This document shows, in pieces, positions 37,441-51,950 of a stretch of DNA of 64,000 bases. Numbering within the stretch: position 1 is the first letter of the stretch; every line of letters begins with the position of its first letter. Origin of the DNA: Laetmonice hystrix (taxonomy: Eukaryota); contig OZ249442.1 in assembly GCA_965235115.1 (NCBI GenBank), forward strand, positions 18,724,001 to 18,788,000, read 5' to 3'. The notes beneath the pieces were generated by a model. The model saw only the letters and a program-made list of their open reading frames with translations. It searched no databases and was not told where the DNA came from. A program made the translations under genes and the position numbers.

Positions 37441-40400
37441 GATCACCACTTATTTAGTCAGAAACTCGTGTAAAAACGTCGGCAGTGTTGGATACTTTTT
37501 GATTGCAGCACCATCAGACAAACATAGGGCTGGAGTAAGTCGGGTGTGGTTAATCCTTAAGTGTCACTCTCTGCCTCGGGAGGTAGATTAATGTGGAGCA
37601 CTCTACGTGGCGATCCCTTCCCCGCCCACAGATACTAAACGACACAGATTGTTCTGCTAGGCAGAGCTCTGGCAATTAACGGTGCATCTACGGTTAAAGT
37701 CTGCTAGTATTGTTACATTGGAGAATATGAGTCAGTTGCATATCACCAACATTCCCTTACACCCTGTGCCATTAGCCCCGTCGGCTGTTTTCATCGCTCC
37801 GTCGCCAAACTAATCACCCAGCCCGCACCCAACAAGATAGATGGAATTGTCGCATTTTTGTCTGAGTGATGCGCAGAGTGCATTTTTATCTGAGAGCTAT
37901 CGGGCATACGGCAGGCCTATAGCCTTGGGGTGTTGGGGACGAGGGAAGGGATGATTAGGGTGTGCTCACCCCCCACTTCAATGGGTGCCGATTGACTCCC
38001 CCGACACGCTTTACTCCACAGGAAAAAAGCATGTGAGCAGCTGCCTCCGCACATGTTGCATTGTTTTTAACGTATGTTTGCCACCCTGCTACATCCTTCC
38101 TAAACGCCCCCTGGGGAGGGAGAAGCATGGTGACAAATGGTACTTTTTCACCATGTTTCTACCGCAAGGAAAGAGGCGAATCTCACGGGGCTTTCTGCCT
38201 CCAACTACACTTTGCCACCACCCCATTTTTCACCAAGTAAGGGACCTTAATGAAAGACGGCATATGTTGTGATGATTGAATTGCCAATTAATATAGTGAT
38301 ACAAATACTGTAATTGTGCATGTAATGGCTTGGCAGCAGAGGAGCGAACACGAGACAAGAACAAACAGATAATTTGTAAAAATACCACCAGACATTGAAG
38401 GGTTAAACTAAGGTCTTCCTGTCTGTAATGACATGGGAATCACACGTTTAATGAAGAGAAATGGATCCCCACAATAATAATCTCTACATTAACACCGATA
38501 TACAATAGAACTGACAAAGCTATCCACGACTGTCCAGAAGTCAACAGGGGGCCTACGAGCTGACGCCGCCAACATTACATGAAAAGGTCAAATCTTTTCT
38601 TACTGAAAAGGTGATTAGTGTTCGCCGAGAAGCAAATACAGTGATTCATTTTTCGGTTTAATATTAATATTTTTCATACATGGTCAAACATGCATTTTGT
38701 TTTTCACACTAGATGATGGTCATGAATATTTATAAATGACGATTGTGAATCGTAGTAATGTGCGGTTTTGCACATTTAACTGTTGAAATTGTCATGCCTA
38801 GGATGCGCATGGGAAGAAACAAGTACAACCACGCACACCCCGACAGTCATTCATGCAAATATCTCAGATCCGTTGTCCTTTTTTTTAGTTTTACCACTTG
38901 AATTTAAAGTGAACAGATTATGATGAGCAATTAATGCTAAGCGCTAGCTCGCCATATTACTTTGCTTTTCTTCACTTTTTTCCCCCCAAGCTTTCAAGAC
39001 GGTCGTTTGAGTCATGGTGCACTTTGTCAACTCATGCTGGATTTTCATCACGCTCATTTGTTTTCTCACTTCATCATGGAATCAAGAGCTTTAATTAGGT
39101 TATTTTCAGTACAGCCTGCATGCACATGCATATTATGTTCCCTTTCAAAGAGGACAGTGTCTAACAAACGTCTGTGAGGAGATGATGTTGACTCGTCTGA
39201 CAAGCATTTCAAAAGACTCTGGTGAGGTTTTTGTAAAGCCCTGAAAGACCTGGCAGAGACAATGGTTGGTGCCTGACATCAGGTCTCCAACTCATCCTTT
39301 ACAGCAAACCAAATATTGGATTTTAAGTTTGTCATTTCACCGTTGAAAACACTGCAGATCAGTTGGATTTTTTCCTCCCTCGACAGAAACCAAGTGATTC
39401 TCAGTGGTTTAAGTCTAGAGTTTAACAGTAATCACGGTGGTTTAGGTCTTTGTTTAATGTTATGTTGTGCATGAATTCATTGTTGCTTGCTTCCTTGGAT
39501 TGTTCAGAGCATTGAAACCGATTTGTCAGTGTCGGACTTAATACATATTTACCATCGACTCTATTTTGCCAAGCCGGGCACAGGTCAGTGTGTTATTTAG
39601 ACTTCAAAGAGAATAACTTTGGCTTTCTTACTCATACGTTACCACTGGCCTTTCTAGAGATGTGTTATTCATACAAAAATATATAGCAGAGATTAGACAT
39701 AGGATACCCCTTTCTTAGAAAGGTAAATAATCTGGTCTAGATGAGAAAAACACCATATAGTTGTTCTAAATCCTGATTACATTTGGCGGGAATTGTTGCA
39801 TTATATCTTGGATTAATTAACCTGTAGCATCTTGTCCTGTTAATGTTACCAATCTTTTAGGTTTCTAAAACATAGGAGTGCTGTAACTCCTACTTTGGCG
39901 AAAGCGGGAGCATTCAGTGCGAACTGTGCGGCAGTGTTCTCACTAAGCTAATGGCTATTCAATCATTTGTTGAAATCAAACACAGGATTTTGATGTGAGA
40001 CTGTCGGTGTATTTCACTTTTTGTCTCACCTGGTTGCCGGGGGCGTGGATGTGTCATGGGACTTACACCCCACTTAAGCCCCGAACTCATCATTCAAAAC
40101 CTGCCTCTAAGTCATGCATCACCCAATGACCACACTCTGAGTGACCTGCATGAATATGCCGTATAATGAGCGCACAGACCGCCTCTCCACAGGCACAAAC
40201 CAGAGTATGTACATGAAAACCCTCATCCTCATTCATCAACCACCACCGTGTCAGCAGATGAATAATACCAAAAGTCCATGAAACAACTTCTCTACCACAG
40301 TCTCGATATGCGTCTGATAAGATTTCTCCTGTGCCAGAGACTCTATCAACAAATCACACCGAAGGAGGGAACCCTTCGTACTGACAGGTAAAAGAACTGT

Positions 40401-43400
40401 TCAATGTTTTCTTGAATTTATCAACCTCCTGATGAGTCAAGCAGTTTGAAAAGCTGGACCAAGTGATCCAGGTTTATCCACCAGAGGGACAACGAATGCG
40501 AACAGGTGATGCTTAACTTGTCCGCCTGTCAACCCCACTGAGGCTAACTCATCTCATAACGCAGGTTCAGTCACATCGAGGTGCTTGGGACTAGCAGAAA
40601 AACTGTTTTCTTCAAATATCTATTATAATTATAGAAAATACTTTCTCTGATACTCCTGGACGGCGCGAAGAGGATGTGTGTATAATTATGTGTTGGCGCC
40701 ACATCAGGCGTCAGGGTTGGCAGGGGGCAAGCGTCTAATTGTCAGTTATAAATCATCAGAATGTTCACATTCCAAGGCAGTTAGCGGTATTCTGCTGACG
40801 ACGTGAAAGCATAAAACCACGAGAATGAGAAGTTCTCAGAAATCAGCTTGAGTTCATGTTTAACCTGTCAAGAAATATGTATTTTCTGTTAGGTCATACT
40901 AATTTGTCTATGGATCGCCAAACATGCCGGCCGTACGCTGTTCTGTGGTAGTAGTCTCGTAGTAGTAAGTTACGATTATAAAAGGTAGATTAGGCCATTG
41001 GAAACCATATAGATATCATCTTGTTTAAGTTTAGTAGGCCCCTTAGTGCCCTAGTTTGCCGTGCTTGCCACGGATTTCTTCACTGCGCAGATGCCATTGT
41101 CGTTGTCGTTCCTATTGTCTTCACGATGTCTGGTAGTGACAACGCGGAGACAGATGGACCTGAGGCATTATACAAAAAATGGCCATGAGGCATATCAGTT
41201 GACGAACAATTATTTGTGGTCTCGGCATTTTATTTCTTTCAGGACCACTGATCCTGAAGACAAGTTTTTCTGATGTAATTACAGCTTTTCCTAGTTTTGA
41301 CAATGGAAGCCGTTCTTTCAAAAGAGGTGAATTAGAAAGTTTGCAAATGACACAGGCCATCTGCTCTCTCGCCTTGGTCCTTGCCTATGTTCTGACTCTG
41401 CTGGAGCTAGCACTATAATTATTCCACGACTAACTATTTTGAACGTTTATTCTCGTTTGGTCCTCACTGCTCTGTTCATCCTTATCTATCTCCGTTTCAA
41501 TCTTTGACGCAGTTAAGGATGCAGCCATTGTGTGGGTCTGTCTGCGTACCTGAGTCAAATTACTCGGATCACTGCTCTACCTGAACTATTGCACGCTCTT
41601 TCAACGAAACGCCTCATTCTCGTAAGTCATGATAGAAGTGGTAAAATATATAATGGCCTATTAGTTTGAAATAGCAGTTTTTTAAGGAAGAAATGGCAAT
41701 TGTAAATAGTACTATTGATGCCTGCAGAACTGGCTATTCGTACAAGATTCGTGCAATTAGATTTTCTTTCAGTTATGATTCGTGTTTTTATGTTGAAAGC
41801 GTAATTCCTACCTCAAGGGACATTTAACTGAAGTCTTTATGAAAGTGTTGACAATATCCAAGATGGCAGCTGAAGGAATTTCACCCAGCCCACACCTCTT
41901 GGGTGACCTCCAGTCTTATAATAATTCTTTGTTCGGTGGATTTCACAAACGGCGACTTGTGTTTACACTGAGAATATAAACAACAGCTGCCTCGGCCCAG
42001 ATCATATATCGGCCAAGTTGGCTACCATATGGCTGTTACTCCTACAATAATTGTGGCTAATTCTTATAATTAGTTGAACAACTATTACAACCTGGACCCA
42101 TTTAAACCTATCAGTGTACTCCTACCATGCGTGTCAAACCTGTAGTTGCCCAATCTCCTTGTTTTGACCCATATTCAAGTTATCAGATCGGGGGACATGT
42201 CACAAATAATTGTTATGATTGCTTCGTAGATGGCAACAAAGGCGAATGTCATCGGCGACACTTGTCAGGCTGTGGACATTCCAGTCAAGACGGGAAATGT
42301 CTGTGGAGGTCTTGATTGAAATACACTTATCTCTTTGTTTAATTCAAACACGAAGTAGAATATCTGGTGGTGTGTTGTATTTCATTTCCTAAAAAGTCAC
42401 GTGGTCCTGACCAGCCTACAAGGTGGTGTCGCCGAAAAATACTCTCTTCTTGAGAAATTAGGTTTTATTTCATCAGCTGCGTTGTGGTGACCTCAAAAGG
42501 TGCCCCCAAAGGTCACGACCAGCATGGGGCTGTCAAGGCAGGGTGGCAAGTAGTCATTTCAGCCGAGTCTAATATAGGCCAAGACTTTTATTATACCCCC
42601 ATTTTACATCCAACAGTGTAGACTTCTACATGAGGCTATATTGCCAGCAGAGTGTCGTTTGCAAAGTGACAAAAAGTTCGTGCCAGTCCAAATTGTTTTG
42701 TTGTGAATCATGTGCAGGGAGGATGTGCTTTGAGAGATACTAATTGAATAAGATTCGACAGAGCCGGCGACGCAGTCTTCAGTGTTTGTTTTATTTTCTT
42801 GTCGCATCGCAATGTGATCTGTCCATATGACATTAGAAGGAACTCTCCTCTTATACAAACGACGGTTGGATGAAAGAAGTGTTTATCTACTCTGTCTGTG
42901 ACTTGTGTGACTCAAACCCAATTACGCCATCTTTAATCAGTTAGTCCAGTGAAAGTCTCCCTTGTGTGTACAGTATCTGTGATGTCAATACCTGAAGAGC
43001 ACTCCACCCAAAATGTATATTTTATATGATAAGGCAAACTGATGTATGTGTACTTATTAGTATCAGGTATATATGTGAAGGGTCGAAGTCTGTACGTGTG
43101 CAGTGACCTTTCTCATGTCTGCTGGTGAAGACTAGTTAGGATAGCTGAAAAAATAGGAACAGGAGAACACAATCACATGACATGACACACATGTAAGTCA
43201 TTTACATACACATACATTTGAAAGGAAAGACAAGCATAGAAATGGAAGTGCACATGAAAGGTCTTGGCGGCATGCCATTGTAGAACTCTTACATGTGTAT
43301 ATATGCTGATCTTCCAGTGGATCTCACTTAATATGTCATGTATCATTTTGGCATAGATGTATCTTTGGTGCTTGAAGGCAACAGAATGTTTTAATCAAAA

Positions 43401-45652
43401 TGAAGGCTGTAAATAGGGTCAAAACCTCTGAGAGTCTGATATGGCATATCTTGTGGTCAGAAGCATCAGTATTGTGTGTCACCTGGCTTTTGAAAACTCC
43501 TATTGAAGAAAAAGAAATGGTCGTCGCATCATGTGGCAAATCTTTAGTTTGTCGTAGATTACTCACTCAGATTACCACTAGGGGTCAGACCAGTGTTCCC
43601 CACACTCAGATCTGGAGCATAGTCAGTGGAGCCTTGGTAACTACCGCGATCACTTTCAGCACTGCATGTTACTTCAACAAGATCACATGGTTTGGAATCA
43701 TTATAGTCCAGGTGACGTTAATTACTGCTATATTAATACACCGTCAAGTCCATACTGGTTGTCACTGGCTACCAGCACAATCAGTTTAAGTAGCCGATAC
43801 TTAAACTGTGAGGTGATCAAGGTGTACCCGTGGCATAATGCACAACATGTCCTGGCTTTAGGACGTTAAGGGTTAGAATTAATCAGATTTATTTGATAAA
43901 CAAAAAAAAAACATAAAATGGTAGTGAATGAGTGATTCGAACTGAATTGGCTGTGTCACTGAGAGATAACGCTGGTGAACCTACAGGGGGGGGGGGGGGG
44001 CAAGGGAGTTGAGATTTCTCAACCTAGGCCATTAATTATCATTTAATTCTTTTTAATAGTTGATGGTGTTCTTGATCCATAAGTGATTTCGTTTCCCTTT
44101 TTCTGTTCTCCCACATTTCTTTTCTTTCCCCCTTCTCTCTCCGTGGGTAGAGGAAACAAAGCCCTTCCTCCCCACTGAAATACATGTAGCCATTTGAGTC
44201 CTCCGACGTAATTAGAAAAATAAAGTCTCAAAGAACAAAACAGCGCCCCTTTGAATGAAGTCAGGCAGACCTCCACTTCCAAAGGTTGCCTCAGGGTGCT
44301 AGTGTAGAGGTCAGGAGAGAGACCCAGACAGTTTTTGTGACATCTTCCCTTCCTTCCCATTGGCCACAAACACAGCAGTTGCTGCTCACATCCTGCAAAT
44401 ATATCAGAACGTGCAATTAAAAGCACGTAATCACAACTGGTTGGTTGAACCTCGTGCCCAGCCACCAGCCACGGAGGCCTTGGAAGCGGCACCACCGGCG
44501 CTGTCTCCATTAGACGTAATTACAGCCATTTAGCAGAAATAAGAGCCCAACTACCCTCTGACTTGAAAAGCGCAGTTTGAAATATTAGTCGCATTGTTGT
44601 CACTGCGGTAATTATAAGGCCCTTTGAACTGAACAAGCCTGGTTTGACTTTGGCAGGAAATAAATGGGAAGGTTCTGATCTTCAATGTAAATGATCACTC
44701 TGGTTTGAGCCGTGGGTCTGACTGCCACCAGGGTAGGTCGGCCAGGGAGGGAGCGGTTAGGAGGAGGAGGTTCCTTGATCACAGGATGAACGTTTACCCA
44801 TGAATGAGTGGTAATGATCACTTCAACACCTGGTATATTACATACCACCTTAGTGCACTCAATGACCCATTGTCTTTGACACATCCCAGAAAAACGCCTC
44901 GTCTTATCTCTATTGTGTACCGGGAATAGAAAGCGAGAGTGATCATACTTAGAGGAATTATATCCGTCGTTAAGATTGGTCTGTGATGAGGTAGACACAG
45001 ACTGCAGGGATGACGTGTAGGGTAATGTGGGGTTTCCAGCCGGACTGTGACCAGGGAAAGGAAACTTCTCTATGAGATTGTTACAACACAAGTCGTCAGA
45101 TTGTCAACGATCGCTACGATCGTTATGTCTACATTGTGTGCGTGTCGTCGTGGAGTTGGGGACATGGACTGAGATTATTGTGATGATAATAGATTTCAAA
45201 TAGATTTGTATTGCATCTAAAACACTAGTCACACAACACAATTGAAAGGCATTGTGCATCTTATATAAGGCGTATTAATTCTTTAGCTAACTTTTACAGA
45301 GCCGGGCTGAAGTATGTTTAGTGGAGATTGTCTATCCCACCTGCCTGAAAATTTAAACCATGATTTTCATATTAAGCTAATTACAAAATGTTTTTTCTTA
45401 TATCGACCCACAATAGTACACGTACATTTGTATTTCAATAATTGCACATTAAATTCAGAGAATTCCAGACAAAACCAAGGAGATATTTACCCAGTGTATC
45501 TTACGCCTATTTCAAGCAGTATACGTCTGCATGCCCCCATGCGAAACTATATTTAGGTACAAGAAGGTTCAGTTAAACTTAACCTGGATCACTGGTCACC
45601 GTCGCCGGAGGCCTCGCAGTTCACCACGCCGACTGGGGAAGAGAGATCCTCT

Positions 45653-45669
45653 TGACCCCAATCTGACCT
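45653..45669 (-). promoter_or_regulatory. Consensus DR5 nuclear-receptor element AGGTCA-gattg-GGGTCA
   Basis: Plus strand TGACCC-caatc-TGACCT. Motif match only; a chance hit in 64 kb is not negligible. Confidence 0.3.
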
Positions 45670-45693
45670 CCACTGCCACACTCTGATGATATC

Positions 45694-45706
45694 TGCCACC
45701 TGGTGG
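45694..45706 (-). promoter_or_regulatory. CTCF-core-like motif CCACCAGGTGGCA
   Basis: Shares 16 identical bp (tctgccacctggtggt) with the site at 6861-6876; flanks are unrelated. Confidence 0.4.
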
Positions 45707-46992
45707 TTGGCTGGTGTAACTACGAGTAACTAGGTGATCGTGCGATTTGAAGTGTTGGCGGTGGTGGAACTAGGTTGAGAGACAAGATGTCCTAAAGGGG
45801 GTAGGATAAGTGTTATGTCTCGCGGATAAACGGGAATGGGTAGCGTTCGGCAGAGGGGAAACTTTGAAAAAGGGGGTGGAATTGAGGTTAAAAGACAAAA
45901 CAGATTCATACAAAGAGATTTCACTGTAGGCTGCCAGTATGGGTCAAAGTTAGGCTACTCACTGTATAGTCAGTATAACTTCCTCAGTGTGGGAGGAGAG
46001 GAATTTTCTCTCCGTAGGCCTATTTTTCCTCAGTGAACTAAAAGATACAAGACTGATTAGATAGGAATAATGGAACTGGGCACGGAGACAGCACGATCTG
46101 GATCATCTGGTGGCAGATTATGTGGAAAAAAATTGTTTGCAATGGAAGGGGTCGCAACGCTTCTAACTTCGGTATCAGATTTGTCAGATGTTTCAACTGG
46201 ACTATAAGCAGGAACTTGCAAAGTGGGGACAAAAAAAGGAAGAGCCACTGTGTGTAAGATATTGTGGTTTGTTAGGTTGAGGTTAGTGGTGGGCCTTGGT
46301 GATCAATCAAGTAGTTGAATAAGGATCATGGAAGTTATATAGCGGGGATATTCTCTACCGTACACACAGTGGCTGCCTTGCTGTAGAACCTATTGTTGTG
46401 GCGTGAAAGCCATGTTTTTGGTATAAATAATGGTAGACGCCTGTAACAAGTAAGGGATCACGGTCCTAACAAGGTGGTGGATGCTGGTCGATATGGCAAG
46501 GACTCCATGGCCACACGGCATTACCTCTTGTGTCATTGAGGCTGGTTCGGTTTGTTATAATTCACAGTAGAACAGTTCTTGTCTAGAATAGTCGGATCAA
46601 GACGTCGATCCAGCCAGTATTCTATAATTAGATTCGCAAGGATTTATTGGAAAATAACTTTAAATCGTAATGGAGACGACTGTAAATTATGGATCGCCTA
46701 ACTTAGATATTCATGAAGATTTGTATTTTGTTCTAACAAATATCACCTAAACAACTCGACTCTCTGAAAACATGAAGGATTGACCAAAACGGTGTGAAAT
46801 ACCATAATTTAACCAATTTTGATCTTGACATTGTGGTTTGACCTTGACCTTGAATCGCAAAGGTAACGTCATGATCGTGTTCCTCACCAGAAAACCTCTA
46901 TAAAGGGGTCTCATTTATAATGCAATGATTTTTATAGTTCAAAAGTGTTGATACAACGTCTTTATGGTGGTGGCCATATGGGATTTGGCCAT

Positions 46993-48654
46993 ATTTCCGT
47001 TCCCAGCCCCGAACCTTTACCCCTAGTGCCAGTCCCCAGACCTCCCCAAAAACTTATTCCATTTCTGTTCTCTGCCCCTGACCCTTACCCCTAGTGCCAG
47101 TCCCCAGACCTCCCCAAAAACTTATTCCATTTCTGTTCTCTGCCCCTGACCCTTACCCCTAGTGCCAGTCCCCAGACCTCCCCAAAAACTTATTCCATTT
47201 CTGTTCCCTGCCCCTGACCCTTACCCCTAGTGCCAGTCCCCAGACCTCCCCAAAAACTTATTCCATTTCTGTTCTCTGCCCCTGACCCTTACCCCTAGTG
47301 CCAGTCCCCAGACCTCCCCAAAAACTTATTCCATTTCTGTTCTCTGCCCCTGACCCTTACCCCTAGTCCCAGTCCCCAGACCTCCCCAAAAACTTATTCC
47401 ATTTCCGTTCCCAGCCCCTAACCCTTACCCCTAGTGCCAGTCCCCAGACCTCCTCAAAAACTTATTCCATTTCCGTTCCCAGCCCCTAAACCTTACCCCT
47501 AGTCCCAGTCCCCAGACCTCCTCAAAAGCTTATTCCATTTCTGTTCCCTGCCCCTAAACCTTACCCCTAGTCCCAGTCCCCAGACCTCCTCAAAAACTTA
47601 TTCCATTTCCGTTCCCAGCCCCGAACCTTTACCCCTATTCCCAGTCTCCAGACCTTCTCAAAAACTTATTCCAGTCCTGTTCCCTGCCCCTGACCCTTAC
47701 CCCTAGTGCCAGTCCCCAGACCTCCTCAAAAACTTATTCCATTTCCGTTCCCAGCCCCGAACCTTTACCCCTAGTGCCAGCCCCCAGACCTCCTCAAAAA
47801 CTTATTCCATTTCCGTTCTCAGCCCCGAACCTTTACCCCTATTCCCAGTCTCCAGACCTCCTCAAAAACTTATTCCATTTCTGTTCTCTGTCCCTGACCC
47901 TTACCCCTAGTGCCAGTCCCCAGACCTCCCCAAAAACTTATTCCATTTCTGTTCTCTGCCCCTGACCCTTACCCCTAGTGCCAGTCCCCAGACCTCCCCA
48001 AAAACTTATTCCATTTCTGTTCTCTGCCCCTAACCCTTACCCCTAGTGCCAGTCCCCAGACCTCAAAAACTTATTCCATTTCCGTTCCCAGCCCCTAACC
48101 CTTACCCCTAGTGCCAGTCCCCAGACCTCCCCAAAACTTATTCCATTGCCGTTCCCAGCCCCTAAACCTAACCCCTAGTCCCAGTCCCCAGACCTCCTCA
48201 AAAGCTTATTCCATTTCTGTTCCCTGCCCCTAAACCTTACCCCTAGTCCCAGTCCCCAGACCTCCTCAAAAACTTATTCCATTTCCGTTCCCAGCCCCGA
48301 ACCTTTACCCCTATTCCTAGTCTCCAGACCTCCTCAAAAACTTATTCCAGTTCTGTTCCCTGCCCCTGACCCTTACCCCTAGTGCCAGCCCCCAGACCTC
48401 CTCAAAAACTTATTCCATTTCCGTTCTCAGCCCCGAACCTTTACCCCTATTCCCAGTCTCCAGACCTCCTCAAAAACTTATTCCATTTCCGTTCCCTGCC
48501 CCTGACCCTTACCCCTAGTGCCAGTCCCCAGACCTCCTCAAAAACTTATTCCATTTCCGTTCCCAGCCCCTAACCCTTACCCCCAGTGCCAGTCCCCAGA
48601 CCTCAAAAACTTATTCCATTTCCGTTCCCTGCCCCTAACCCGTACCCCTACCCC
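46993..48654. repeat. 68-bp satellite/minisatellite array, ~24 copies
   Basis: ttattccatt recurs every 68 bp (47054, 47122, ...). Consensus ttattccatttctgttctctgcccctgacccttacccctagtgccagtccccagacctccccaaaaac, with several variant monomers. Confidence 0.97.
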
Positions 48655-51038
48655 AGATTCGTAGGAGTTTTATCATGGGGAGACCACGTGGCCTCAGATA
48701 CCACTAGGTGCAGCATACCTGCACCATACCTCTTGAAGATTTCTTCCAATGTAGTTTATTTGTGTAGCATGTGGCATGGGTGAGCAGGCACCTGCACATG
48801 GAGGGCACGCCACTCAAGCCGGGGTAGTCCAGAGACCCGCTGAGTACAACTAGCTGCGGTAATTAAGTCCTGTTCGGGCAAACATTACTGACCAGGTTTG
48901 ACCCGAAGAGCATCGTGTTGGGGTGAGGGGCGCCAACGACAGAGACGCAGACACAAAAATGGGTCACATCCAGTCTGAATAATGTCAAGAATTCAATTTA
49001 AACGGTTCCAGTACCCGTACGATATCATACCTTGCATGTCATTTGTAGAACTTGAACAAAAAGAACCCTAAAATATGCATAACTAACGTTTTTTAATGAA
49101 AATAAATAATTTCAAAGTCTGGTAGAACGGAAGTAGTAAAGTGGTATTTGTACTTCTACATGCCATGACGGTCTCATTATGAGTTGTAATATTTCTAATG
49201 CCATCTATTACTGCACTCCTCTTTCCCACCTTAAATTGATAATAACGATTCGACACTTTGACGTAGTCTACCCAATATATGGTACTATTGTATCACGTAG
49301 AAATATGAACTTGTCTCACCAAGTTCTTTAATTCTAGTTAGCCCCAACCAGTGTGTTTTATCCGTTAAATGGAAACAACCTCGGTGATTTGAGGGAGTTC
49401 ACCTAGACGTACTGTCTGCCGAGGTTTAAATTATTCACAGTGGAGTCTGCATTGTGAAAGAATGCTTACATAAAACCATGTTTAAATGAGTGCGTTTCGT
49501 GTCCAAGCCGTGAACACAGCAAGAGACCGCCAGTTGCACGACGGACATAACTGGCGGATCGATTAGCTCACTACCACGTAACCCCATTGTTTTACTCACT
49601 TAAACTGCAAATTTGCAAATACAGCGAGCTTTGGAAAATATTGACAGACTAATCATACATACAGGGACTATGAGGAACTACTGTAAGGGAAATTAATTTG
49701 ACGTTTTACATGCATTGAAGACTTTATTAGGCCATGTGCTGCGTTCTACACCTAATGGCTCATTTAGACACCCTGCATATTAACAGAGGACGGTAAAAAT
49801 GCCAAATTGGATCTGTGTGAGTTGGAAATACCATCAGAGTCTCCATTATAAAACAGCATGTGAAAATCATGTATCAGTAAATCTAGAGTTAAATGAAGTG
49901 AGAAATAATCATTATGGCCGTATGGCACACAGAGCAGAAAACCTAGCGGAAGGGATTGGTTGCGAGACCAGTCCATCATCAACCAGACTTTACCTGTACC
50001 GTTCAATGGTCGGTGGACCACACAACATTGGGTGGAATATCACTACATTATTATCAAACGTGAACTTCATCAGGCTGCAGAGGTAGAATAGATATAACGG
50101 ATAATAATATCTTTGGTTAGTTTGGGATGGAGATGGTAAGCTGCTAGGAAGGAACCAAAATAAGTACTCGGGTCCCTGACTGCACAACAGAAAAAAAAAA
50201 TCAATTAAAAATGGACAGAAACAACAAAGCAGTTAATGGCGGAGTGTTGACTGGCATATGGAAGATCAAGGCTTTGGTTTGACTGTCAGTTGCCTTGAAG
50301 ACAACCATAAAGATGACAGGTGCTACTGGAGTCATCGGCGTGGATTGTGGGGTACATCATAGACATCGGAAAGGTTAGCCAACCCACCACTAATCACATC
50401 AACGGCAAACACACACTGACAATCCAATGCCATTTAATTTGACAGTTGTATCCGTAAATCATCTCGCAATGATCTAATGTTCATCGTTTGATCAATTATA
50501 CATGGCTTTTCCATTATGGGGAGTTTTATACCTGGAACTGACCGCTAGAATTGACCCAATTAGTGGACGTTAGCTGACAACTGACCGACACCTTGCCATG
50601 GCTGCTGCCTTCCTCTGACCCTTTGGGTCATCAGTGGGTGACACCCCGGTGGCATCTTGTCTGCAGCTTGGCCACTACGGGTCTGCATTATCCTTGATAG
50701 GGGAGGATGGGCCATGGCTTCCTTCAATGGAACTCAGAATGTCATCATTTCCTTCATTAATAGGCGCCAAACTTTTAATATTTAATAAATGGTTTATACT
50801 TAGGGAAATAATTCAATTTGCAATTTGTACATTAATGGAGTCATAAAGTTTTCTATTACATAAGGGAGACGTTTTTTATCCTTGGCACATTGTAGAACCA
50901 GCATCGTCTACATTCAGCAGAGCGCCAAGCAGTTGGTGAGGGGATATTGTTAATAAACATCACTGAGAACCTGCTGAACATGCGTCATGGGCTCTCACGG
51001 CACAAAGTCGAAACAGTCAAAGTCTTGATCTGGTGCTT

Positions 51039-51654
51039 TATTTCACCTATCTCAAACGAAGAGGTTTCTTCCATAGTGTGATTATTTCACCTATCTCAAA
51101 CGAAGAGGTTTCTTCCATAGTGTGATTATTTCACCTATCTCAAACGAAGAGGTTTCCTCCATAGTGTGATTATTTCACCTATCTCAAACGAAGAGGTTTC
51201 TTCCATAGTGTGATTATTTCACCTATCTCAAACGAAGAGGTTTCTTCCATAGTGTGATTATTTCACCTATCTCAAACGAAGAGGTTTCCTCCATAGTGTG
51301 ATTATTTCACCTATCTCAAACGAAGAGGTTTCTTCCATAGTGTGATTATTTCACCTATCTCAAACGAAGAGGTTTCTTCCATAGTGTGATTATTTCACCT
51401 ATCTCAAACGAAGAGGTTTCTTCCATAGTGTGATTATTTCACCTATCTCAAACGAAGAGGTTTCTTCCATAGTGTGATTATTTCACCTATCTCAAACGAA
51501 GAGGTTTCTTCCATAGTGTGATTATTTCACCTATCTCAAACGAAGAGGTTTCCTCCATAGTGTGATTATTTCACCTATCTCAAACGAAGAGGTTTCTTCC
51601 ATAGTGTGATTATTTCACCTATCTCAAACGAAGAGGTTTCCTCCATAGTGTGAT
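51039..51654. repeat. 44-bp tandem array, 14 copies
   Basis: Unit tatttcacctatctcaaacgaagaggtttcttccatagtgtgat; 616 bp = 14 x 44. Only one variable position (T/C) seen. Confidence 0.98.
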
Positions 51655-51950
51655 TGTTATAAAGTAACATGTACTGTATATGAGTTGTTTGTTCAGATGA
51701 AGCGTGCAGCATTTCATGCTCGACATGGTTATACATATAAGCCTTCAATACATGGGTTTTTGAAAGGACATATTAGACAATACATGAAGCTCTTTCATGG
51801 CCAAGTATGCTTGTGTCAGGCGATACACATGTGTGGAAATACATCACCTGGCAATCTAGCTTGCTTTGAGTATCGATGATACCGAGCTAGGTATGGACGC
51901 CCGCCAGCGACCAGCATGCCTGTAGGAGCATAATATCAGGCGATAGGCCT

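Noticed and set aside
42080-42330. FKPISVLLPCVS resembling the LINE RT YRPIS motif
   Set aside because: The following DLSKAFD, QGS and YADD motifs are not convincingly present.
49948-49962. GRDWL Gypsy protease/RT linker motif
   Set aside because: A single five-residue match with only vague downstream similarity.
51039-51654. CRISPR interpretation of the 44-, 48-, 68- or 27-bp arrays
   Set aside because: Units are contiguous with no unique spacers, there are no cas genes, and the context is eukaryotic.
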